DNA of 64,000 bases, from the NCBI GenBank assembly GCA_902761275.1, contig CACWJS010000016.1, positions 1,581 to 65,580 of the forward strand, given 5' to 3'. The stretch's first letter is position 1; each line of letters opens with the position of its first letter. Made by a program: the position numbers and the translations under genes. This document shows, piece after piece, positions 21,385-28,206 of this stretch. The notes under the pieces were generated by a model. It saw only the letters and a list, made by a program, of their open reading frames with translations, was not told where the DNA came from and did not search any database. The stretch comes from an uncultured bacterium (GTDB taxonomy: Bacteria > Verrucomicrobiota > Kiritimatiellia > RFP12 > UBA1067).

Positions 21385-22089
21385 ATGATAAAGGAAAAAT
21401 TTGATCTGACGGGAAAGATCGCCCTCGTCACGGGGTCGACGCGTGGAATCGGCAAGGCGATAGGCGATGCGCTTGAGGAATACGGCGCAAAGGTAATCCG
21501 CCACAACACGAAGGTGTGCGATCTCTCCAATCCCGCTGCAATCGACACGTTCTTTGCGAAGCTCGAAGCAGAAGGAACAATGCCCGACATCCTTATTGCA
21601 AATGCGTCGATTCAAGAGAAGATTCCGTGGACCGAATTCCCGATGGACGAGGCACGCAAGGAGATTCAGGTAAACTTCCTCGCAACATTGCGGATGTTCC
21701 AGCTCTGCTACCCGAAGATGAAGGCGCAGAAATGGGGACGACTCATCGTCGTCGGTTCCGTGAACGAACGTCGGCCTCATCCCGACATGTGCGTATATGC
21801 GGCGACAAAGTCGGCGCAGGAAAACCTCGTCAGGGGAATCGCGCGGCAGGTCGCAGCCGAGGGAATCACGGTGAACAACCTCTGCCCTGGAGTATTCTAC
21901 ACCGACCGCAACAAGGAATGCCTCGCAGACCCAGTGTACGGCCCGAAGGTGACGGCGGCAATTCCGATGCATGACTACGCGATGCCAGAAGACGCGGCGG
22001 GCACCGCCCTTCTCCTCGCATCCGACGCAGGGCGCTACATCACCGGCGCGACAATCATAATCGACGGCGGCTTGTCGATTCCGGGATAG
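21385..22089 (+). CDS. SDR family oxidoreductase (KduD/2-keto-3-deoxy-sugar-acid dehydrogenase-like)
   Basis: TGSTRGIGKAI cofactor motif and YAATKSA catalytic motif. Start at ATG 21385 (MIKEKFDLTGK). Confidence 0.85.
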   Translation: MIKEKFDLTGKIALVTGSTRGIGKAIGDALEEYGAKVIRHNTKVCDLSNPAAIDTFFAKLEAEGTMPDILIANASIQEKIPWTEFPMDEARKEIQVNFLATLRMFQLCYPKMKAQKWGRLIVVGSVNERRPHPDMCVYAATKSAQENLVRGIARQVAAEGITVNNLCPGVFYTDRNKECLADPVYGPKVTAAIPMHDYAMPEDAAGTALLLASDAGRYITGATIIIDGGLSIPG

Positions 22090-22121
22090 GAGCGGACTGA
22101 AGTCCGCCGCTCCAATATGGT

Positions 22122-22183
22122 CAACTTCAACCTTTCAACCTTCAACCTTTCAACTTTTCAACTTTTCAACTTTTCAACTTTAA
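22122..22183. repeat. octamer array, CAAC(T/C)TT(T) orientation
   Basis: caacttcaacctttcaaccttcaacctttcaacttttcaacttttcaacttttcaacttt, immediately upstream of the MFS start. Confidence 0.9.
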
Positions 22184-22185
22184 AT

Positions 22186-23472
22186 ATGCACTACAAATGG
22201 CGAGCATTGGCGCTTCTCTGGGTGGCGTTCTTCCTCCAGCAGGGCACGCGGCAGATCTTCGGCGCGACGCTAACCTCGATACAGGGGCCGCTTGGAGCGA
22301 GTGCCGCGGCAATCGGCGCCGTGGCGACAGTGTTCACGTTCGCCTACGGGCTCTCCGTTCCGTTCGCGGGCGCGGCAGCCGACCTTTTCAACCGCAAGTG
22401 GATGGTCGTGTCGGGGGTGTTCGTCTTCTGCTTAGGAATCTTCGCCTCCGGTTTCGTCGCGTCACTGGGACTAATGGTCGTCTCGTACGGAATCCTCAAC
22501 GGCTTCGGCCAGTCGTTCTACTACCCTTCCGCGACGTCGATCATCGGCGAGCTTCATAAGGAGACTCGTGCAACTGCACTGTCCATACTGCAAATGGGGC
22601 TATATGCCGGCATAATTGGGTGCAGTGCGGCGTCAGGGTGGCTTGCGGAATCTGGCGCGGAGGGCTGGCGCGTGCCGTTTAAGATATTCGGCGGCATCGG
22701 CATCCTCTGGGCCGTCGTGATGGCTTTTGGGTTGAGGAATGGGGAACGGAAGTTTAAAGAATTCCACTCTCCAACTCAAGACTCCAACTCCAACTCGAAA
22801 CCTACCCTCAAAGAGGCGTTTAAGGTCTTTGTCGGAAATCCCTCTGCGCTTCTCCTGGCGGCGGGGCTCGGAATGATGATTTACGTCGATGTCGGCTTCA
22901 AGACCTGGATGCCGAGTCATCTCTCCGAGTCGTTCGGAGTCGCCAAGGGCTCGGCCGCGCTGAATGCCGTTCTCTGGCACTATATCGGCGCGTTTGTCGG
23001 CGTGACTCTTGGCGGCAGAATTTCAGACAAGCTTGCAAAGACGCGGCCATCGGTGCGAATGGAGACGAACATCGCAGGCCTCGCCCTCGCCGTGCCGTTC
23101 ATCGTCTGGATGGCATACGCGCCGTCGCTTCTCGCGTGCGGCATCGCCATGGCTCTCTTCGGCGTGTTCCGCGGCGTCTACGACTCGAACCTCATGGCGT
23201 CGCTCTTCGACCTAATACCGCAGCGCTATCACGCCTCGGGCGCAGGGCTTATGCTCTCATGCGCATTTGTCTTCGGCTCAACGTCGCCCGTCGTGCTTGG
23301 GTTCGTGAAAGACGCTTTCTCGTCGACCGCCGCACTCGCCTCGCTTGCGGCATTCTACCTCGTTGGAGCTGCAATCATTGCTGTCGCAAGGCGGCAGGAA
23401 TATGGGACACGCGGGACATCCAGGACAGCCGGGACATCGCTACTGTCCCGTTCGTCCCAGCAGTCCCAGTAG
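22186..23472 (+). CDS. MFS transporter (sugar-acid type)
   Basis: ORF 22117..23472, start trimmed to ATG 22186 (MHYKWRALALLWVAFF). About 12 hydrophobic segments. The central loop and C-terminal tail contain repeat-derived sequence. Confidence 0.8.
   Translation: MHYKWRALALLWVAFFLQQGTRQIFGATLTSIQGPLGASAAAIGAVATVFTFAYGLSVPFAGAAADLFNRKWMVVSGVFVFCLGIFASGFVASLGLMVVSYGILNGFGQSFYYPSATSIIGELHKETRATALSILQMGLYAGIIGCSAASGWLAESGAEGWRVPFKIFGGIGILWAVVMAFGLRNGERKFKEFHSPTQDSNSNSKPTLKEAFKVFVGNPSALLLAAGLGMMIYVDVGFKTWMPSHLSESFGVAKGSAALNAVLWHYIGAFVGVTLGGRISDKLAKTRPSVRMETNIAGLALAVPFIVWMAYAPSLLACGIAMALFGVFRGVYDSNLMASLFDLIPQRYHASGAGLMLSCAFVFGSTSPVVLGFVKDAFSSTAALASLAAFYLVGAAIIAVARRQEYGTRGTSRTAGTSLLSRSSQQSQ
22764..22797. 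repeat. GGAGTTGGAG-family repeat fragment embedded in-frame in the MFS central loop
   Basis: ccactctccaactcaagactccaactccaactcgaaa is the reverse orientation of GAGTTGGAGTTGGAG...GGAGAGTGG. Translated HSPTQDSNSNSK. Confidence 0.75.
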
Positions 23473-23499
23473 TCTCATTTCACAACTAAAAGGAGTAAT

Positions 23500-24255
23500 A
23501 TGCCATCACTAGCCGATATGCGCACCAAGGCCAAGGAAGCCGGCCTTATGAAACTCGACAAGCTCATCGCAAAGCGCCAGAGCGTGCCGACAAACGAATT
23601 CCCCATTCCTGTAAAGGAGCTCTGCGAGCGTTTCGAGAAACTATACACTGGCTGCGTCAACGATGTCATGCGCGAAGCGTGCCTTCTCGACCAGAACCTG
23701 CCGCACGAGATAATGCCGCTCAGAGACGAGATGGTCGTCTGCGGCGAGGCGTTCACGGTTAAGTCCGCGCCAAACTGCATGATCGAGGGAGAGATGACTT
23801 TCCGCGCGCAGATGCTCGACGACTTCAAGCCGAACGGCGTAGTGGTGTGGGACACCTCAGACGACGTCGAGGCGTCGCTCTGGGGCGGCGTCATGACGGC
23901 GACAGCGATGACAAAGGGAATCCGCGGCGCTGTGATCGCCGGCGGCATCCGCGACACGAAGCAGATCCTCGAGCAGAAGTTCCCGGTGTTCTACAAGTAC
24001 CGCGTCTCAAACGGCTCTCTCGGCCGATGCATGATCACGCACTACCAGGTGCCGGTCAGAATCGGCAAGGTCACGGTTCGTCCCGGCGACATCATCATGG
24101 GCGACATCGACGGCGTAATCTGCATCCCGCGCGAGATTGCCTACGAAGTCCTGCTCCGCGCCGAGGGAATCGAGCGCAACGAAGTCGACATCTTCTCGTG
24201 GGTTCGCCAGGGCGACACCATAAGCGAGATCATCGACAAGGGCGGATATTTCTGA
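23500..24255 (+). CDS. RraA-family protein (class II 4-hydroxy-2-oxoacid aldolase-like)
   Basis: 251-aa ORF. RraA/HMG-aldolase-like core GGVMTATAMTKGIRGAVIAGGIRD. AAGGAG SD. Confidence 0.65.
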   Translation: MPSLADMRTKAKEAGLMKLDKLIAKRQSVPTNEFPIPVKELCERFEKLYTGCVNDVMREACLLDQNLPHEIMPLRDEMVVCGEAFTVKSAPNCMIEGEMTFRAQMLDDFKPNGVVVWDTSDDVEASLWGGVMTATAMTKGIRGAVIAGGIRDTKQILEQKFPVFYKYRVSNGSLGRCMITHYQVPVRIGKVTVRPGDIIMGDIDGVICIPREIAYEVLLRAEGIERNEVDIFSWVRQGDTISEIIDKGGYF

Positions 24256-24295
24256 CACAATCCGCCGCGCTCTCGAGCAAAAGCTCGCTATCGGG

Positions 24296-24376
24296 TGCAC
24301 CTGGTGGGACTTGAACCCACACTCCTTGCGGAACTGGAACCTAAATCCAGCGTGTCTGCCATTCCACCACAGGTGC
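24296..24376 (-). tRNA. tRNA-Leu (anticodon TAG), CCA not encoded
   Basis: Reverse complement GCACCTGTGGTGGAATGGCAGACACG-CTGGA-TTTAGGT-TCCAG...GTGGGTTCAAGTCCCACCAGGTGCA has a class II variable arm. Starts 4 nt after the dnaJ stop. Confidence 0.85.
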
Positions 24377-24380
24377 GAAA

Positions 24381-25571
24381 TCAGTCGCCTTGACGAAGCT
24401 TGTCTCGATGCGCAAAGAATATCCTCGTCTTGTTCGCAAGAGACTGCGCCTCGGGGAAGTTCTTCGGCGTAGACATCTTCTGGAACTCCTCGAGTGCCGC
24501 GCGCTGCTTGCGGTCGAGGTTCGCGGGGACTTCAAAGACTATGCGTGCGTGCAGGTCTCCCGGCGACCCGCCACGTAGCGACGGAACGCCCTTGCCGCGC
24601 AGACGGAACACCTTGCCATTCGGCGTCCCGGCGGGAAGCGAAAGCTGCGCCGTGCCCTGGGGCGTAGGAACGTCTACCGTTCCGCCGAGAGCCGCAAGAA
24701 CTGGCGAGACAGGTATGTCTACGCCGAGATCAAGCCCGTCGCGGTCGAAGATGTCGCTTTCCCTGACGCCGATATGGACGTAGAGATCGCCGTTCTCGCC
24801 ACCACGAAGGCCGCCACCGCCCTTCCCTGCAAGCCGGAGACGCGAGCCGTTGTCGATGCCGGCGGGAATCTTGAGCGAAATCTGCCGCCTATTCGTGACA
24901 TGCCCTGTGCCACGGCACGCGCGGCACGGCTTTTCAAGAACAGACCCCTCGCCTCCGCAAGTCGGGCACGTCTGGCGCACCTGGAAAAACCCCGAGCCGC
25001 CGATTACGACACCGTGCCCGCCGCACGTCTTGCAAGTCACACGCTTAGATCCCTTCGCAGCACCGGTTCCATGGCACTCCTCGCACTGCTCCGGGAGCGT
25101 GATGTCTATCGTGCGTGTCGAGCCGAAAAGCGCCTCGTCGAAGTCGACGTCGAGACGGAAAGTCATGTCATCGCCGCGCCGCGGAGCATTTGGATTCGCC
25201 GCCCTGCGCGACCTGCCGCCGCCGAAGAGATCTTCGAAGCCGCCAAAACCGCCGCCGCCACGTCCGCCAAAGAGATCGCCGAAAGCCGCGAAGATGTCGT
25301 CCATGCTCATGCCGCCGGCGCCATAGCCGCCACCCGCGCCGCCCTCGAACGCCTGGTGTCCGAACTGGTCGTAGCGCTGGCGCTTCTCGGGGTCGTGCAG
25401 GACGTCGTATGCCTCGGCCGCTTCCTTGAACTTCTCCTCGGCCGCCTTGTCGCCGGGGTTACGGTCGGGGTGGTACTTCATCGCGAGCTTGCGGTAGGCG
25501 GACTTTATCTCGTCCGCCGTCGCAGTCTTCGCGACTCCAAGCACCTCGTAGTAATCTCTCTTATCCGCCAT
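24381..25571 (-). CDS. dnaJ: molecular chaperone DnaJ
   Basis: J domain DYYEVLGV...HPDRN, G/F region, four CxxCxGxG zinc-finger repeats. Confidence 0.95.
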   Translation of the reverse strand: MADKRDYYEVLGVAKTATADEIKSAYRKLAMKYHPDRNPGDKAAEEKFKEAAEAYDVLHDPEKRQRYDQFGHQAFEGGAGGGYGAGGMSMDDIFAAFGDLFGGRGGGGFGGFEDLFGGGRSRRAANPNAPRRGDDMTFRLDVDFDEALFGSTRTIDITLPEQCEECHGTGAAKGSKRVTCKTCGGHGVVIGGSGFFQVRQTCPTCGGEGSVLEKPCRACRGTGHVTNRRQISLKIPAGIDNGSRLRLAGKGGGGLRGGENGDLYVHIGVRESDIFDRDGLDLGVDIPVSPVLAALGGTVDVPTPQGTAQLSLPAGTPNGKVFRLRGKGVPSLRGGSPGDLHARIVFEVPANLDRKQRAALEEFQKMSTPKNFPEAQSLANKTRIFFAHRDKLRQGD

Positions 25572-25572
25572 A

Positions 25573-25626
25573 CCTAATCACTATCTCCTGCCTCCTAATT
25601 ACTGACTCCTGACCCCTAACCCCTAT
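25573..25626. repeat. GTCAGG-family repeat ending in an SD (reverse orientation on + strand)
   Basis: Minus strand reads ggggttaggggtcaggagtcagtaattaggaggcaggagatagtgattaggtATG (dnaJ). Confidence 0.85.
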
Positions 25627-26273
25627 TTATCCCCGCCGGGCTTGCCTGACGACACAACGACCTGCGCGGCCCGCAGGACCTTGTCCTTCAGCATCCAGCC
25701 CTTCTTCGATTCGATGGAGACCTTTCCTTCCGGGACATCGGGCGACGGAAGCGTCGCTATCGCCTCCATCTTCTCGGTGTCAAGCTCCTTGCCGACGGAA
25801 TCGAACGGTTCGGCGCCGTGATCCTTTAGCGACTTGAGAAGCGTGTCGTAGACGAGCTGAACGCCCTTGACGAAGGGATCGTCCGATTTTTCCTTGGCGT
25901 TCGCGAGCGCGAGCTGAAGATTGTCCACCGCAGGAAGGACGTCCTTCAGGATGTCCATCTCTGCATAGCGGTACGTGTCTTCACGGTCGCGCGCCGCGCG
26001 CTTCTTGTAGTTGTCGAAGTCGGCGAGAGTGAGCGCGTATAGCGTCTTCCAGTCCGGCTCGGCGGGCTTTTCGGGTTCAGCCGGCTTTTCGGGCTCCGCG
26101 GGCTTCTCCTCTGCCGGCTTTTCGGCTTCGCCTGGCTTTTCGCCCTCGGCGGCCTCGCCGGTCCCTTCACCCTCTGCGGGCGGGACGGGCGATTCCGGCG
26201 GGACAGGCGTCTCAGCGGACTCAGCCGCCTTTTCGGCTTCTTCTTTTTTCTTTATCTCTTCTTCAGCCATCAC
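25623..26273 (-). CDS. grpE: nucleotide exchange factor GrpE
   Basis: C-terminal GrpE fold sequence (DFDNYKKRAARD, GWMLKDKVLRAAQVVVS). N-terminal low-complexity (KPAEPE)n tract. Confidence 0.9.
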   Translation of the reverse strand: MMAEEEIKKKEEAEKAAESAETPVPPESPVPPAEGEGTGEAAEGEKPGEAEKPAEEKPAEPEKPAEPEKPAEPDWKTLYALTLADFDNYKKRAARDREDTYRYAEMDILKDVLPAVDNLQLALANAKEKSDDPFVKGVQLVYDTLLKSLKDHGAEPFDSVGKELDTEKMEAIATLPSPDVPEGKVSIESKKGWMLKDKVLRAAQVVVSSGKPGGDK

Positions 26274-26333
26274 TCAACTCTAAACTTTAAACTTCAAACT
26301 TTAAACTTTGAACTTCAAACTTTAAACCCTAAT
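26274..26333. repeat. octamer array variant AAACTT(T/C)A
   Basis: ctcaactctaaactttaaacttcaaactttaaactttgaacttcaaactttaaaccctaa, between argG stop and grpE start. Confidence 0.85.
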
Positions 26334-27554
26334 CTGCCCTGCCTTAGCAAGCATCTTGGCCTCGACCGACTGAATCTCGGCAAAGCCCTGGGAGCTGTGC
26401 GGGTTCAAGCCGTTCGACGCTTCCATGGAGCTGTCGGCCTCGTTGTAGATCGTCGCCTTGAGACCCTTGAGCGCCTCAAAGAAGATGTTGCCCTTGTAAA
26501 GCCCGAGAGTGACGTCGGCTGTCGCCTTGTCGGCCCACACCTGAATCGCCGCGCGCGCCGCCTGCGTCGCAGGATCGAACCAGCGGCCATCGTAGATCTG
26601 GTCGGCGACGAACTTGGAGAGTTCCTGGAACATCTTCGTGGAACGACGGTCCATGATGCCCTCGTAAATGTACTTAAGCCCCCACGAGAGGACTTCCATT
26701 CCGGGTGCCTCGTAGACGCCGCGCGACTTCGTGCCGATGATGCGGTTCTCAAGCGCGTGCTTCATGCCGATGCCGTTGCGGCCACCGATCTTGTTCGCCG
26801 CGAGCATGACCTGATAAGGCGTCATCTTCTTGCCGTTGATTGCGACGCAGCGGCCCTTGACGAACGAAAGCGTGATCTTCTCGACCTTGTTAGGCGCCTG
26901 CTCTGGCCACACGCCCATCGTGGGCTTCACGATGCGCATCGAAGTCTCCATCGACTCGAGGTCCTCCGCCTCGTGCGAGAGGCCGGCGAGGTTCGCGTCG
27001 GTAGAATATTTCTTCTTCGTGCCGACGAACGCGACGATGCCGCGCTTCGCGAGGAACTCGACCATCTGCGTGCGGCCGGGGAACTTCGCGAGGAGGTCGG
27101 CGTCGCGCCACGGGGCGTATACGCCGAACTTCGGGTCCATAACGTTCGTGTAGCGCTCAAAGCGCATCTGGTCGTTGCCGCGACCCGTCGCGCCGTGGAC
27201 GAGAGCGACGCAGCCCGCCTTCTTCATCGCGGGGAGGAGCTTCTGCACAGTCACGGCGCGGGCGATGCCTGTGGAGTTCCAGTAGCCGCCGTCGTACATC
27301 GCCTGGCACTTCACCGTCTCGAAGCAGATGTCGGCCATTTCCTTCGTGACGTCGACGATCGTCGTCGAGACGCCCGTGGGAGCCATCTTCTTCTTGATGT
27401 CGTTGATGTCCTTTTCGTCGGGCTGGCCCACGTTCGCGCTGAACGCCTTGACCTTGACGCCCGCATCCTTGAGGACGCAGCAGATAGTCTTAGAGTCGAG
27501 TCCGCCAGAAACGCAGACGCCGACGGTTTTGCCTTTGAGATCAGCAAGTTTCAT
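26322..27554 (-). CDS. argG: argininosuccinate synthase
   Basis: 410-aa ORF. N-terminal PP-loop VCVSGGLDS, typical ArgG body. Confidence 0.92.
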   Translation of the reverse strand: MKLADLKGKTVGVCVSGGLDSKTICCVLKDAGVKVKAFSANVGQPDEKDINDIKKKMAPTGVSTTIVDVTKEMADICFETVKCQAMYDGGYWNSTGIARAVTVQKLLPAMKKAGCVALVHGATGRGNDQMRFERYTNVMDPKFGVYAPWRDADLLAKFPGRTQMVEFLAKRGIVAFVGTKKKYSTDANLAGLSHEAEDLESMETSMRIVKPTMGVWPEQAPNKVEKITLSFVKGRCVAINGKKMTPYQVMLAANKIGGRNGIGMKHALENRIIGTKSRGVYEAPGMEVLSWGLKYIYEGIMDRRSTKMFQELSKFVADQIYDGRWFDPATQAARAAIQVWADKATADVTLGLYKGNIFFEALKGLKATIYNEADSSMEASNGLNPHSSQGFAEIQSVEAKMLAKAGQIRV

Positions 27555-27586
27555 AGTTTTGTCTCTCCTTCTGAAATTGAAGGGAT

Positions 27587-27595
27587 ATTATACCA
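27587..27595 (-). promoter_or_regulatory. extended -10 box TGGTATAAT (argG-grpE-dnaJ)
   Basis: + strand attatacca, about 32 nt upstream of ATG 27554 with AAGGAGAGAC SD. Confidence 0.6.
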
Positions 27596-27648
27596 CAATT
27601 TTGCGCCTACGGCGCATCTATCGGAATTGAAATATGGAGCGAACGGAA

Positions 27649-27936
27649 TTACTGTGCACGTCGCTGTCTAAGCCACGCCCAGAAAAGCACAAGGACGATG
27701 ACAGCGACAACGCCAAGTCGACCTCGGCGGAACGCCGTGTCTGCATCGACTGGAGGCGGTGGCGGCTCAGGGGGAACAGTTTCGACGGCAAGCGTGCCCG
27801 CCGCGGAAGATTCCACGGCTATGACTGGCGACTCCACCGTCATGGCCGCTTCCTGCTCGCGCTCGGCAGCGGCATTTCGCGTCTCACGCTTTATGCGCGA
27901 AGTCACTACTTCAGGATCTGCATTCGCCTCAACCAT
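27649..27936 (-). CDS. hypothetical small C-terminally membrane-anchored protein (95 aa)
   Basis: AGGAGATAGAT SD directly upstream of the ATG. C-terminal TM LGVVAVIVLVLFWAWL. No recognisable family. Overlapping + strand ORFs lack such signals. Confidence 0.4.
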   Translation of the reverse strand: MVEANADPEVVTSRIKRETRNAAAEREQEAAMTVESPVIAVESSAAGTLAVETVPPEPPPPPVDADTAFRRGRLGVVAVIVLVLFWAWLRQRRAQ

Positions 27937-28206
27937 ATCTATCTCCTAATTCCTGACTCCAATTAAAATCTCCCCACCTCTCTCCAACTCCCTCTGCGCC
28001 TCTGCGTCTCTCGGCACTCGCTCCGCTCGGCGTGTTCGCTTCCCCAAGGGTCGCGAACCCCCTCAAGGGGCGGTTACGCGCTTCCCCAAGGGTCGCGAAC
28101 CCCCTCAAGGGGCGGTTACGCGTTAAAAATTCTAATAAAAAATTATCAATTCCGCTCTCCAACTCCAACTCTAAACTCCAACTCCTAACCCCCGACCCCT
28201 GACTCC
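27937..28206. repeat. composite mosaic intergenic element (GTCAGG + GGAGTTGGAG arrays, AT-rich core, GC hairpin module), reverse orientation
   Basis: Reverse complement aligns module-by-module with 36261..36459 and 54256..54475: gttggagttggagagcggaattgata...tagaatttttaacgc; agagacgcagaggcgcagagg; ggagattttaattggagtcagg. Confidence 0.85.
28039..28122. repeat. perfect 42-bp tandem duplication
   Basis: cttccccaagggtcgcgaaccccctcaaggggcggttacgcg occurs twice (28039..28080 and 28081..28122) inside the composite element. Confidence 0.95.

Noticed and set aside
26274-26321. CIRCE/HrcA operator upstream of grpE (near-palindrome tttgaagttcaaa)
   Set aside because: The sequence does not match TTAGCACTC-N9-GAGTGCTAA. 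The palindrome arises from a local orientation switch of the AAACTT(T/C)A repeat.
28123-28152. AT-rich core of the composite element as a sigma70 promoter (TTGATA … TAGAAT)
   Set aside because: Spacing between the -35-like and -10-like hexamers is only 9-10 bp. There is no TGn extension like the genuine promoters here, and no ORF or obvious RNA lies downstream. It is kept only as part of the repeat finding.
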